A DNA stretch of 64,000 bases from Paraspadella gotoi (Eukaryota; Animalia; Chaetognatha), in the NCBI GenBank assembly GCA_051294375.1, contig CM119267.1, positions 25,183,783 through 25,247,782 of the forward strand, in the 5' to 3' direction. Of the stretch, positions 27,001-40,800 are shown in pieces. How positions within the stretch are numbered: the first letter of the stretch is position 1; every line of letters begins with the position of its first letter. The notes below the pieces were generated by a model. That model searched no databases. It saw only the letters and a program-made list of their open reading frames with translations, and was not told the origin of the DNA. Both the position numbers and the translations under genes were made by a program.

Positions 27001-30000
27001 TCTGCAGTTGCCTTATTCTCTTTTTTCTTTTTCTCATGCTGGCTTTTTACTGCCTGCCTTTTGAGTCTGCAGAAATGGCTCTGCAGGGCGTCTTTCTTTT
27101 TTTCTCTCTTTCTCCTGCTTGCTTTTGATTTCTTTCTCTTTTTCTGGCGTGCTTCTTGCTGCTGAAAATGATTTGGGCTTTTTTCTCTCTCTCTTTCTAA
27201 ATTAACTTTTTCCCTTTTAAAAAACTTTTATTATGCATCTTATTCCAAATTTACATCCTGAGATTTTTTGTACATTTTTTTCCTAAATATTTCAATTAGA
27301 ATAATATTTTTATTTTACATATTAATTTACTTTAATTATTCTATTTAGACTTCCATTTTTAACTTTCACGCTTTAGTTCTTACTATCACTTCGTCAGTTC
27401 TGATTCCAAGTCTTCACTGTGATCTTTGGGCTCTGGGAATGCTAACAGTTGTTTTGAGAGGTCCATTTGATCAAAACTGCTTCTTATGCGGGGTTAAAAC
27501 GTAAAACAAAAGTATCTTCAATATGTCTTTCCAAACTTTAGCACTTGTCTAAAAATTTAAACTTCCGAAAAATAGATTATTTATTTGTTTTATATTTATT
27601 TTTTTTTTCCTTTCTGGTTTATAACAATTTTTTTCCTCGAAATTTAATTTTTTTAGTATCAAAATTTATATTAATTAATATCAAAATCAAAAATCCAGAT
27701 TTTCTATGCGATTGCGGACGATCCTATATGCTTTTAAGGATCTTTTTTCCCCTGGATTTTTCATTAATTTTTTTTGAGAGTAATGTCCGGCGATGATCTC
27801 TACTCTTTTAGAATTTTTTTTTATTTTGTGACTGATCAGGGTGCTCATTTAAAAGAAAAAAAATATTTTAATAAGATTACTTAACTAGACCTTGGGTTTC
27901 TAAAACTTAATTTTAATGGCAAATGCGACAAGCACTGATCCAAAAACCACTCTCCTACAACTCCAAAAAGAATTCAAAGTTGCTCTTCATAACGCTTTCT
28001 GGAAAGATTGAGCCACAGCTTCAGTCTAAAATTAAAATGTTGCTGTGCAAATAATATAGCATAAACAATATATATATGAGGCTACACAGCACGTTTTAAC
28101 ACACAAGAGGTTAAAAATACTTAAATTTAGGGCTGCGCATCGTTCGAATTCGAGTTTCCGAATCAAAGATTCTATTATATTTCACTTCTATTAAAACTGC
28201 ATAGTCAAGGCCCAATAAATAATATCAATAATGGGTAGACTTTCGAAAAGCTTGGCGATCTTGGGAAACCAACGGGGTTAGAGCGGCGGATACGAAATAC
28301 CCATTTATCATGCCCCAAAAAATAGCGGATATTTAAATGACTGGTACAGACCGTTTTTCCCTTTTCCCAAAAAACCTACTTGATATCTTTTGTATAAATA
28401 GAAACAAATCACTACATATCAGTACAGGTTTTTGGATAGCTTATTGTCTTCTCTACTTAGATAAAAAGAAAAAGGTTTAAATTCTTGCAATCTTGCAATG
28501 CTTGATAAAGCAATCAATTGAACTATGGTTTTTAGGTGAAAACTGCATACGTCAAAGCCCTAATTTTTTTTTGGTTTCTAAGACACGATCGAAAGAAACT
28601 GTATTCGTTTTTACATACTGTTTCAGGTAGAGCGCAGGGGTTAATTTTTAGAGAGTTTATATTAATTTAGAGCCAAATAGAAAGGAATATCAAGTATATT
28701 GAGGATACAGCTCCCGCCCTTTTTTTTAAAAATTTTTTTAAAAAAGCCGCGCGTTCCGGATCTGTATTGAAAATGGATTGACGTAGGTATATCCAATGAG
28801 GGACATCAAATTAAAAATAAAGCATTGGATCATGCGCGATCCGGGGGCCAGATAAATACATATTCAACATGGCTTTCACCGTATTATTTACGTTTTAACG
28901 AACAGCATTCTGTTATGAAAATGTTTATGAATTCAACGCCTGTGATATTGGCGTTCCTAGGGCGTCGTTTGTAACCCTTTTACGTCTGCTTTATCTATTT
29001 CTCTTGAAAGAGACATTAATTATTGTTATGTGATAGTTGACAAACGTTCAATAAAATCATAAAACGCATAAGGATCGAGGCCTATTTTTTAATAGATAAC
29101 CCAAGATGATTTGCATTGTATCGACTGAATAAGAGAGAAGCTCATTGATATATATTGATGTCATCGATGACTAGTCATTACATTTAATAAGTATGCATAC
29201 TTTTTTATAAAATATGCATACTTTTTTTTAAAATATGCATACTTTTTCAAAGTATGCATACTTTTTTTTGAAGGATATGTATAACTTTTTTTAAAAGACC
29301 ATACTTTTTTTCCAAAGTATGCATACTTTTCAAAAGTATCGCATTACTTTTTTCACAGTATGCATTACTTTTTTCAAAAAGTTATGCATACTTCTTTTCA
29401 AGAGTTTGGCATACTTTTTTTTCAAAAGTATGCATACTTTTTATCAAAGTATGCATACTTATATTTCTAAAATATCCATTACTTTTTTCAAAAGTATGCA
29501 TGCTTTTTTGAAGTATGCATACTTTTTTAAAATATGCATACTTTTTTTCCAAGTATGCATACTTTTTTTCACAGTATGCATACTTTTTTCCAAGTATGCA
29601 TACTTTTATTTCCAGTATGCCATACTTTTTTTCCAAAGTATGCATACTTTTTTCCAAGTATGCATAACTTTTTTTTCCAAAGTATGCATAACTTTTTTTC
29701 AAAAGTATGCATACTTTTTTTCAAAGTATGCATACTTTTTTTCAAAGTAGTGCATATTTTTTCAAGTATGCATACTTTTTTCAAAGTATGCATACTTTTT
29801 TCAAAAGTAATTTGACATACTTTTTTCCAAATATAGCATACTTTTTTTCAAGTAATGCATACTTTTTTCAAGTATGCATACTAATTTTCGTATAGCACTA
29901 TATACATATGCTTTTTTCAACTTGCATACTTTTTTTCAAAGTTTCATACTTTTTTCAACTGATACTTTTTCAACTTGCATACTTTTTCAACTTGCATCTT

Positions 30001-31611
30001 TTTTCAACTTGCAACTTTTTTCTTGCATACATTTTACATTGCATACTTTTTCAACGTTGCATACTTTTTTTCACTTGATATTTTTCACACTCTGCATATC
30101 TTTTTCAAACTTGCATATTCTTTTTTCAACTTGCATATCTTTTTCAACTTTGGCATATCTTTTCAACTTGCATATTTTAACTGATTACCGCTAAATTATC
30201 TTAGTCAAATCCGACATTGTTTGCCCAAACTTGTTCATAATAAAAATAAGCCGATTCAGATATGACAAATTTTAGATATTAAAACTATCGTCATCAATCA
30301 TTAGTTTAATTAATTTTATTCATTGCATCAATTTACTTACCATTATCAATCATTATCTTTTAATTATAGTTTTATTTGCTATCAATATTAAAAATCTGTT
30401 TATCATAAAATTAAAATGATTCAAAAATGAAAAATTAATCGTGAAGTGACGATAGTGAAATTCTTAATCTTGAAATTAACGATAGTTAAAATTGAGTTAA
30501 GTTTTAATTAGTAGTTTTGCTGGTGGTGAGATCAGTCAATATACTTTGCAATTTATTACTTCTTTGGCTCTCTTGTTCTATTTCTCCCATTTTTATTCTG
30601 TTATAATTATGTTATTTTTTGTGATTAATTTTGTAAGGATTCCTTTTTTTCCGGGGCATTCGCTTATTCTATTTTTCTTATGAGGCCCGGTTCGCAGCAT
30701 AATCGCTATTATCGTGGTAAAGCTTAGTACACAGTAGTTTCAAATCCTTATTGGATCACAAAACGAGTTCGATTTTAAGCGAAAGTTGATGCGAATTTGA
30801 AGCGCGATTTTTCGCGACTGGTTTTAAATTGCCATAACTTTTGAACGGATTATTCCCGATTTTTTATAAATTTTGCATATAGATAGTATTTTAAATTTCC
30901 CTATATCGAGTCGGTACCAAATTTATTTTTAAAAATACTCAATAGTTTAGAAACGATGCACATCCCCATTAAATTTTCTTTTGCTCTAAAATTCTGTTTG
31001 AGTGCTTAGTAGTTATAACTGAGTAATTACTTTTAAAAAATCACTGCTTCGTAACGGATAGCCATGGATTAACCAAATTTATACCAATAGTTCTTTTTTC
31101 CATGAATATTATTTACTTATAATATCCTCCATTTTAAAGGAAAGTAGTAAATGAAAACGATTTCTCCGATTAACACCAACGTTATTTACTTAGTGATGTA
31201 TTATTAAAACGCCTGCGCTCTTAACTGCGATTATTGCAAAAACAAAGGAAAAGGAAAATGTCCTGATCTGTCATCGGTAAATAGAATCGGTAGTGTCTAA
31301 ACTCTCATCTTCGCGACGGTCGTTGGAATGGCGGCCCTCGCTACCACAACACTGTTTTGAACCCAAAGTTTCCGCGCCCATTCTCACTTTAGATGGGTTA
31401 ACGTTATTATCATTATCATTTACTACGTTCAGGTGAATTTTGTTCCTTTTTTGTTTTATATATATTAAAATAAGTTTTATGAAAATAAAAGCAATACAGA
31501 TTAGTGATTACATTAACGGACCTCAGTATCGGCGACTCGTGCGTAGGGAGCTCGAATGTCGATCGTCACATGAGACGGAGTTTGAGTCACAACAAACGTG
31601 GGAGTCAGCAT
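12080..31611 (-). CDS. SHQ1: SHQ1, H/ACA ribonucleoprotein assembly factor
   Basis: Exons 31611-31522 (MLTPTFVVTQTPSHVTIDIRAPYARVADTE), 14882-14723 (VFVDGKDFRFFSKPYFLRLRLP, CS domain), 13633-12931 (EHFEGLELIS...YGF...ESGWTVNKIS), 12805-12694 (RSLIYPLYRRWDL), 12562-12080 (WILNDLF, acidic tail); all phases compatible. Confidence 0.92.
13819..14490. mobile_element. Truncated copy of the GACACGATG-TIR element in SHQ1 intron 2
   Basis: Starts GACACGATGAAAATTAGCGTGGC and aligns by eye to 5553-6370. Confidence 0.65.
18650..18765. repeat. 18-bp purine minisatellite (AAGAAAGAATAGAAAGGA)n, about 6 units
   Basis: Directly visible tandem units; recurs near 24060 and 38150. Confidence 0.8.
18888..19611 (+). 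mobile_element. ~720-bp non-autonomous DNA element, T(A/G)GGACTAAG...CCTA, 7-bp TSD TCCTAAT
   Basis: TSD at 18881-18887 and 19612-19618. The same insertion is repeated at 24274-25004 and 38317-39071; independent insertions at 40179-40914 and 47716-48431. Confidence 0.8.
21136..22207 (+). mobile_element. DINE-1/Helentron-like element, inverted relative to 18536-20079
   Basis: TTTTTAACGTCGCAATCCTTAGCGTTTGCGACGAT at the start and GCGATTGCGACGATCCTTATGCTTTTAAGATTTT at the end; reverse complement of 55975-57020. Confidence 0.65.
22321..27800 (+). repeat. Indel-rich second copy of 17078-22260 (probable haplotype or long-read gap fill)
   Basis: Colinear with 17078-22260 right after an N gap, with dense 1-bp insertions and deletions. 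Confidence 0.85.
28128..30968. mobile_element. Non-autonomous hAT-like element (2.8 kb)
   Basis: TIRs TAGGGCTGCGCATCGTT and AACGATGCACATCCCCA; TTAAATTT at 28121-28128 and 30969-30976 (8-bp TSD; the left copy overlaps the TIR by 1 nt); absent from the homologous site at ~41210. Confidence 0.75.
29190..30180. repeat. Palindromic minisatellite (AAAGTATGCATACTTTTTTC)n grading into (CAACTTGCATACTTTTTT)n
   Basis: Roughly 35 units of ~19-21 bp followed by about 15 units of ~17-18 bp. Confidence 0.9.
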
Positions 31612-31858
31612 TTCGCCAATAAAAGTTTTTATTTGTATTCACATTTGAATTCTTTTCATTTAGTATTATTCGTGGTAATTATTTATGAGCGGATAATGGT
31701 TTGAAGACTGTAAATATACGTATATAAAACTGAACAGGTTTCATTCAAAAAACAATAAAAGTAACAAAACAGAACAGTCACAAAACTCGAAAGAATAAAG
31801 GCCAGGAAGTGGTTCAGGTTTACTTTTGTTTCTCAAACGAAATAGTACCCAACATTCG

Positions 31859-34800
31859 TCAAAAAAATATTTCTTCTGTCATCATGGATTCAGAGTTCGT
31901 CATTTCCTCATCTTCCTCTTCCTTTCCCTCTTCCCTCTTCTTCTTCCCGTCGGCCAATGCCAGAAGATATTCCATCGAGTATTGGTTCCCATTGCAGATT
32001 CTCTCCAACTCCTTCCACTTGGTCGTCAGCGTCTTTTGCAAAGAGGTCAACGCCGCCTTCAACGTTGGTGCCGTCGACGCCGCCGCCTTCAGTTCGGGCC
32101 CCCGCCCCATAAGCGTCTCCGAGATCCACCGTAAATAAAATCCAAGATGCGGCGATGACTCGGCGAGGCGGGCGAGGTGATCGAGGAGCGGACGGATCCG
32201 GGTGAGAGGGAGGGAGGCGACGACGAAGGCCACGTCGCCGGGAGGTGTCGCTTCCAACACGCGACACACTAGGGCCTCGTCGTTAAGTTTGAGAGCGATG
32301 ACGAGGGCCTTGGGAAAGTCGGGCTCCGGGTCGAAGCGAAGACAGCGGGCGGCCGCGGCGGGCGTGGAGTCCAGGTCCAACTCGAAGGGATCGAAGGCCG
32401 ACGTCGCATCGAGGGAAAAGATGACGAGGCCATCGGTGGCGCAGGCGGCGAATTCGCGACCCGTCGGCGAAAAAGCTACGCCCGCCACGCGCGCCTCTGG
32501 TTTGAAGCGGCGTTCCGAGGCGTCGCCTGACCGGACGCCAGGAAGGGAAGCGTGTGAGGGAGAGGAGTCGACGAGAGAGAGGGACCCGAACTCCGTCATC
32601 TGCGGAAAATAAAAGTAAAAATTCAATAACANNNNNNNNNNAGTCGACGAGAGCGAGGGACCCGAACTCCGTCATCTGCGGAAAATAAAAATAAAAATTC
32701 AATAACAATTGCGAGATAATGTAAAGTTAAAAAAAAAAATGTCAACATTGTGGATAAAACGACTAATTTCAGTGATTTAAACCCGCAACAGGTGGATGGA
32801 ATATATTTTTTTTACTTTCTTTAAACAAATTAAAGTTGACTTTGAATTTAAGCTTTTCGTTGAATCAATCTTGACACTATTGCCCAACAGCAATACCCAA
32901 CAATAAGGCCCTCACCTGTCTCCTGTCCAAGAACTGAGAGACGGCGTCCATGGATTCGTTGCGCGTTACTTGAAACCTCCGCAGCAAAAGGCCCTCGGCA
33001 CAAGAGTAGAGGCAGACAAACGGGCTATCCCCCGCGGCCAAAAGGCAGTCCCCATCGGCCGAGAAGCAGAGACTCTTGAAAGACTTTGACTTGGCCACCG
33101 TCTTGCCGGAGATTTTGTCAGAGTCGCGTCGACCGTAGCCGAGATCGTGTCGTCCCTCGATAGAACCGATTTGGGAGGCTGAGTCGAGGGTCCACAGCAG
33201 AATCTTGAAGGAAAGATAGGAATTTTATAGCAAGACAAGTAGACAACGATTCGCATGAACAAAATACTACATGAACAAAGTAGCCTAAAAAAAATTTGAA
33301 ATCTGTTTTATTGGTCAGAAAAAATTAGCTCACCTGAGCGTCCAAAGTGGCGACGGCGATCTGAGCGCCGTCCATCCTCCAGGCCAACGCCGTCCCGTCG
33401 GCGACCAGGTTGAAGATCTCCTTGGATCCTTTGCTCTCGAAGACGTCCCACGTGCGGAGCGACTTGTCCCACGATGTCGAGGCCAGAACGGCGGCGACTG
33501 GGGAAAACCCGAGTCCTGAGCGGGAGATATATTTAAAAATTGTGAGGATCGATGTTTTAATTTTTTTTTAATATTGTTTAAATACAATTTTAAAAATAAT
33601 AACCGGAAAGCGGTGCTTGGTGGCCGGTGAGAATTTCGAGCAGACGTCCTGTCTGCAGAGACCAGACGAAGACGTCGAAGGCATCGAGTCCGCCGGCGGC
33701 GACGACGTCGCCCGACGGGTCAATCGCCAGGCATGAGAACTGTTGGAGAAAACATTTAATTATTAAAAAATGTTATTCTAGTCTGAATGTAAAAACATAT
33801 CAGACCTATTGAGGTAACGCCGTGAGCGAGCTTGTGCATTCTGACTTGCTATTTGTTATATATAACAAATTAATTTTTTTATATATATATATTTATTATC
33901 ATGGACATAATATAAGCGTGAGATATAAAGCAAGTAGAAGGGAGACTATTTCTAAAACATACAAAAAAATAAAACTTATTATAAAATATTCAACTTTAAC
34001 CATACGTTACTACCCCGTGAGCCAAATCCGATGATACAAAATAAAAAAAAACTGTACGCCAATAAGAAAAATTTATAATACCATTAGAAAGAAAAATCAA
34101 TGACGTTTTTAAAAAAATTCAAAAAATTGCTTAAAAACGCTTTAAAACATTCTAAAAATGCTATCCATTTCAATAACAAAAAATCTTAAAAGCATAAGGA
34201 TCGTCGCAATTGCATAAGAAAAATAATCTGGATTGACGACAAATTTTGATACTAAAAAAATCCAATTTGAGAAAAATAAAGAAAATTAAAAAAAAAAAAA
34301 AAAAATCCACGAAAATCTCGGATGTAAATTTGGGAATAAATGGCGATAATAAAAGTTTTTAGAGGGAAAAAATTAATCAGAGAGAGAGAGAGTAGGAAGC
34401 CAAATCATTTTCAGCAGCAGAGGCACCCAAAAAAAAAAAGAAAGATATCAAAAGGCAGCAGCAGAAGCAGCAAGAGAAAAGAGAGAAAAAGAATAAGCCC
34501 CAAAGGAGCCAGCTGCAGACTCGTATTTTTCCCCTATGATTATGAATCAGTGACAAGGGAAAAGGGAGGGAGAGAGACATGTAATTTATTGTTCCGAATG
34601 GAACCGGGATTCTTCATGGTTCTTCCCCACCAACAAGTGAGCATCTGCTCTGCAAACGCGACAAAAAAAGAGAAGAGGAAATCCTCCTCTTCCCCGCCTT
34701 CTCTTCCCCCTCCCGTACGCTACCTCAGTACGCCGTCACGAGACAGAATCACTCGTAACCAAGCAAACCAAGAGGGGGGAATCCCGCGAAGACTTCCGGT

Positions 34801-37800
34801 GAAGCACCACGCCCACTTGACCGGACGTCGTAGAAGGGGGGATGAGAAACCGCAAAAAACCAGTCCATGGACGAAAACCGGGTCTGGAGAAACTGACGGC
34901 CGGACGAGGCAACGGCCGAAAGAGCTGTCGGGCGATCAGACGGCGTCCTTTGACGTCCCTGGAGCCCCGCCCCTACGCTTGGGAGGCGGTGAAGACTTGC
35001 GAGGCCGGTAGGGACGGCGAGCGGGACTACGCGGACTGCCACGCCCACGCTTGCGGTGAGCAGAACAGGCGCAATTGTGTGGTGCCCCGGAGCGGAGAAG
35101 CGAAGAATGGAACGCTTGAGTGACGTCTGTCTCCAAAAAGGAATGCCGTGTAGGGCGGAGAACTGGACAACTGTCTTGAGATCCGAAGGGGCAGCGTCGA
35201 CAACTAAGCGCCGAGACTCGGAGAGAGCCAAACCAAAAATCGCCACCAAACCCAACGAGGCGTCCTCAAGGGGCTTTGGCAAGAACAGTCAAGGTGCCTG
35301 CGTCCACTGCAATCCGGGCCCTCGAGCCAAAGGCGATCGACATGAGCATAGAGAGGACTCAGCGACAAAAAGGACAGCATAGCGGACGCTACAGGCGTCT
35401 CTGCATGATGCGCATCAAAGCCTGAAGCGTGTCATCTTGGAGTCTTCCGAACGGACATCGACATGAGCGGCAAAGGCAACTATCCTGAGCAGGAGGACGA
35501 AATTCTGCCGGCGAAGAGACATCCGACCAGCACCTGAAACGCGTGTTGGCGGAAAACACGTCCCACGACGGTAAAAGAACATCGTCCTGGCCAACTCTGC
35601 GCAAGACCCTCCACTGCTGTAAGACCCACTCCGAAGGCTGTACAGAGGCACGACGAGACAGGAAGTTGTCAAACCCCTCAACAGACTCTTCAGAGGAACC
35701 CTCTTCTGATCCCGAAACGGAGGCATCGTCGTTGACTCGCGCAGGTGGGGCTCGACGAGGAAGGCGTGACACCCTCTGAGCGTGAAGGCCGATCCGCCGC
35801 CGAAGAGGCCGCCAAAGAACACGAAGACTCCAAGTCACTGGCGCACAAACGAAGACCGACGAAGAACGGCGAATGGCAAACAGAGGCGTCCAAGAACCAT
35901 GAAGAAAATGTACATGGANNNNNNNNNNNNNNNNNNNNNNNNNNNNNNNNNNNNNNNNNNNNNNNNNNNNNNNNNNNNNNNNNNNNNNNNNNNNNNNNNN
36001 NNNNNNNNNNNNNNNNNNNNNNNNNNNNNNNNNNNNNNNNNNNNNNNNNNNNNNNNNNNNNNNNNNNNNNNNNNNNNNNNNNNNNNNNNNNNNNNNNNNN
36101 NNNNNNNNNNNNNNNNNNNNNNNNNNNNNNNNNNNNNNNNNNNNNNNNNNNNNNNNNNNNNNNNNNNNNNNNNNNNNNNNNNNNNNNNNNNNNNNNNNNN
36201 NNNNNNNNNNNNNNNNNNNNNNNNCCCTCTGTACGCCAAATGTACGCCAAAAAAAGGCGAAAAAGCAAAAAAACGAAAAAAAGAGAACTCATCGCCGAAG
36301 ACTCTCCAACNNNNNNNNNNNNNNNNNNNNNNNNNNNNNNNNNNNNNNNNNNNNNNNNNNNNNNNNNNNNNNNNNNNNNNNNNNNNNNNNNNNNNNNNNN
36401 NNNNNNNNNNNNNNNNNNNNNNNNNNNNNNNNNNNNNNNNNNNNNNNNNNNNNNNNNNNNNNNNNNNNNNNNNNNNNNNNNNNNNNNNNNNNNNNNNNNN
36501 NNNNNNNNNNNNNNNNNNNNNNNNNNNNNNNNNNNNNNNNNNNNNNNNNNNNNNNNNNNNNNNNNNNNNNNNNNNNNNNNNNNNNNNNNNNNNNNNNNNN
36601 NNNNNNNNNNNNNNNNNNNNNNNNNNNNNNNNNNNNNNNNNNNNNNNNNNNNNNNNNNNNNNNNNNNGAGTCAAGGCTCTTCCCCCTGCAGCCGCGCAGT
36701 GTGCGTCGAGGGCAAGCGAGAGGGCTGAGTCAAGGCTCTTCCCTCCGAAGCCACGCACAATGAAGANNNNNNNNNNNNNNNNNNNNNNNNNTTGAGAAGA
36801 GTTGCTTGCTGCTTACCGATCGAGAAAAAAAAATCATCTGAGTGCCAAAGAAAGAAAACTGTTATTCTATTTTTTTCATAATTACCTTTTGTCAGCTAGT
36901 TCTCCAAAATGAGTTGAATTATAATTTGTGTTAAATATATTGCTTAATCAAATGTTGTAAAAGACTTGGAAAAATATATTAAGCTTGCTTGATTAACTAA
37001 GAAATAGATTCGTCTTGTGATAAAATTCATCACTATAAAAGATATGAAAATGAATAAAAATCAAAATGAATTAAAAATTATATTTATTTCAAAAACTAAA
37101 TCGACTATTTACAATAGACTTAATTATTAACTATAAATTATGAATAGATAACAAAAAATAGAATAACTAGTTTTCTTTCTTTGGCACTATACCTTTTTTT
37201 CTCGACCGCAAACAGCAAGCACTCTTTTCTCATTTATTTAAACTTTCATTAATTTCACTCTTTTTGTCTCATTTTATCAATTTTTAATCATTTAATCGTT
37301 TTTGTCAATTTTTCTTTATATTTTATATAGAAAAAAATTAAAAACTACTATTTAAAAGTCATAATTCCATTATAAAATGATAAAAATTTAAAAAAAAAAC
37401 TTTAATGACCTGGTGAGACAAAATATTAAAGTTACCCATTGTCAAATCAGAATTTACTATTTTTTTTATTTACTCTGAGAAAAGTGCATTCCCTTTTTCC
37501 CTTTAGCCTAGTTCAAACCTATTAAATAAAAATAAAATTAAGGAAGTGATTTTTTTTAAATTAAAAAAATTATAACTTTTTAACCGATAATCCTTTTAAA
37601 AAATTCTTTCAGCAAAACAAAGCAATTATTTCTTTATTCAATTCGCCATAATTTTTTTACAAATATTTCACAAACTTTGTTAAAAATATCATTTTAAAAA
37701 TTTTTATCAAAAATTACCCCAAACAATAGGTTTTAAAAAAATTTACTTTAGTAAAAAATTCCACTTAATTTATAATGCCAAGGTATGTAATAGTCAATTT

Positions 37801-40800
37801 TTCCCGCCTCTACAAGCATAGTTTGGCGTTTCGTCCTCTAGCAATAAAGCTTTTAAGATATTTTAGCAAAAAAGTCCATTTTTTACCATTTTTTTTTCAT
37901 TTTTTCAAAGTTGGCAAGCATATACTGTAAATTTTTTTTTTTGAAAAAAAATGTTCAAAAAATCTTATGCATGTCATGGGCACCTTTTACACAATACCGT
38001 TTTTTGATTTCAAAACTTTTCATATATGGGCAAGCGTCTAATAAGGATCGTCGCAATTGCATAAGAAAAATCTGGATTGAAAATTTTGATATTAAAAATC
38101 AAACTTGAGAAAGAAAATTAATTTATTAACAGAAAGAAAAAAGGAAAGAATAAATATAAAGATAAGAATAGAAAGGAAAGAAAGAATAGAAAGGAAAGAT
38201 AAGAAATCAGAAGCGAATAGAAGAGGAATAAACAAAAAAAAAAAAACCAATGTTGCGATAGCAAAATGATAACATGCACAAATGACGATGCCTAATTTTA
38301 CGAGTTCAATCCTAATTGGGACTAAGCTCGTGAAAAAAAAAGCCAGAGTTTTTTTAATATATTCTTTACGTCCAATGTAGAAAGATTGGCAATATTGCTA
38401 TTGATAAGTTTAAAAAAAATCCGGACCATAAATATAGAAAATATTAAACAAATAATCTTCGGAAAAATCCACTCTTCTCTGAAAGATTTTTCTCCATAGA
38501 AGATTTTTTCCCGAATCTGCACTCCCGTTTGAAAACTCTTAGAATTCGATCATAAGCTCCTCTTTTTTACTTTTACTTTAAATAAAAATTTTACCAAAAA
38601 TTGGACTAATTCACTTTACCATGATCGTTTCATATTAAAAAAACTAAAATAAAAAATAAAGAAGAGCCCCCCCGCCCATTTCAGACATATGGCTATCGGA
38701 TTTTCTGAATTTCGAAGTTTATTGGTTAAAATCACAACATTGCCTTAAATGGTTTATATTGTATATTGCAAGTTGAAGAAATCCCTTTATTTTATATTAG
38801 AAAAAAAATGAGATGGGAAATGTTTTCCTGAGCGGACCCACGCCGGGACCAGTCCATTTAAACTGATGGTTTTGATTGTCAAAATGATGCTTAATCATGA
38901 AGAGTAAAAAAATGTGCAGCCCTTTCAGATGCAACAGGATCTGAATCGAGTCTTTTTACATCAATTTTATCGGAAATTTTCCCAGGACCGTTTATATTGT
39001 TTTGTAACAGATTTGACGAATCTCCATTGAAAAAATCTATTCCTCGATCTCTAAAAACGACGTCACACCTATCCTAATTCAATTTTTTTTTAATAAAACG
39101 CAGAGAGAGAGAGAGAGAGAGAAGAAGGCAAATCGTTTTTGGACGAATCAGCAGCGGACAGCAGCAGAGGCAGCAGGACAAAGAGAGAAAAAGAAAAACC
39201 TCTGCAGACTTTTTTCGATGAATCAGCCTGGCAAAAAGAGAGAGAGGAGAGCAGCCTTACATTATAATTCAAAAAGAGAAAAATGAGAGAAGGCACGACA
39301 TATAAAATAATAAAGCGAAATTGTTTTGCATAAAATGTAAACAAAACATATTTAATAACTGTCCTCACCCAATTTCAAGGACCCTCTGATTGAATGAGAA
39401 GCTGTTATATAAAATTTTCAGCTTCATACACCCAAATTTAATCATTGAAAAAAGGCGAGTCGATAAGTTGGAAACGTTGACGACCGACAACGCAAAACGA
39501 CGCCACTTATGTGCAAAACCACAGCAAAAATCGTCGCAAACGCAAAGCGAATTGCAACGATAAAAAAAGAAAAAACGCTTCTTGACAAATTTTAAAAATT
39601 TATAGAGAATCATATCTACAATTGGGCCTCACTTTTTCTCTTCTTTGCTCTCACTTATACACTCTATGTTGGTTTTTATTTACGCAGGAATGATTATCAT
39701 CGCCGTCATGAAGACTTACATCGCTCAATGATGACTATCATCACATCAACTTTTAATCTGAATGCGAATTATGATTCTATTCGAAACCCCCCCCCCACAT
39801 TAGCCTTTTGTCTCCCCCAAAAGCGACGGACCACCGCGCTGTGACCAGACTGAAAAACAGAAAACAAAAAAACAAAAAAAAGTAAAAACAAAGTATCTTC
39901 AATAATGTCTCTCCAAACTTTTATGCACTTGCTAAAAATTAAACTCGAAAATAAGTTTATTTTATTGCTTTTATATTTATATCTTTTTTTTTTTCTTCTG
40001 TTATAATTTTTTCACCCCAAATTAATTTTTTAGTATCAAAATTTATATAATAATAAATCAAAAATCAAAATCAGATTTTCTTATGCGATTGCGACGATAC
40101 CTTTATGCTTTTAAGATTTTTTTCCCCTGATTTTTTCATTAATTTTCTTTGAGAGTAACGTTCCGGCTGAGATCTCTTTAGGACTAAGCTCTGACGAACA
40201 AAAGCTGAGGTTTTTTAATATATTCTTTGACGGCAAGGTAGAATGATGGCCAATAATTGTCTATATTAAGTTCAAAAAAATCCGACCATAAATATTAGAA
40301 ATATTAACCAAAATCTTTCGGAAAATTCCACCCTTCTTTGGAAGCATTTTTGCCATAAAGATTTTTTCCCGAATCTGACTCCCGTGGTTGAAACTCTTAG
40401 AATTCCGATCAGTTAGTCCTCTTTTACTTTTACTTTAAATAAAAATTTCACCAAAATGCGACTAATTCACTTTACCATGATCGTATCATATAAAATAACC
40501 AATAAAATGTTAAATTTAAAAAATTTGAGAGCCCTTCAGACATTTGCTATCGGATTCCTGAATTCAAAGTTTATTGTTAAAATGACAACATACCTTTAAA
40601 TGTCGTTGACGATGTATTGAAGTGAAGAAATCCCTTTATTTTATATATAAAAATTGCTCAGAAAATATTTTCCCTGAGCGGACCAGTACATTTGAATCGA
40701 ATGGCTTCGATTGTCAAAATGATGGTTATTTGTCAAGAGAAAAAAAATGCGAGCCCTTCAGACGTAAAACAGGATCGGAATCGACTGTTTTTACATCTTA

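Noticed and set aside
29190-30180. Regular palindromic repeats as a CRISPR array, and the ORFs over them
   Set aside because: No unique spacers, no cas genes, eukaryotic context; the ORFs are translations of the repeat
31440-31704. Plus-strand ORFs at 31440-31704 and 41722-41968
   Set aside because: Antisense shadows of SHQ1 exon 1
32566-32707. Apparent duplicated PWP2 acceptor/mini-exon (also the short repeat at the 53137 gap)
   Set aside because: Overlapping contig ends either side of a 10-N gap
35690-36795. Long ORFs of 200-337 aa
   Set aside because: Open only because they run through N gaps
36793-38040. Unique very AT-rich segment after a gap
   Set aside because: No structure or clear match found; probably low-quality read sequence
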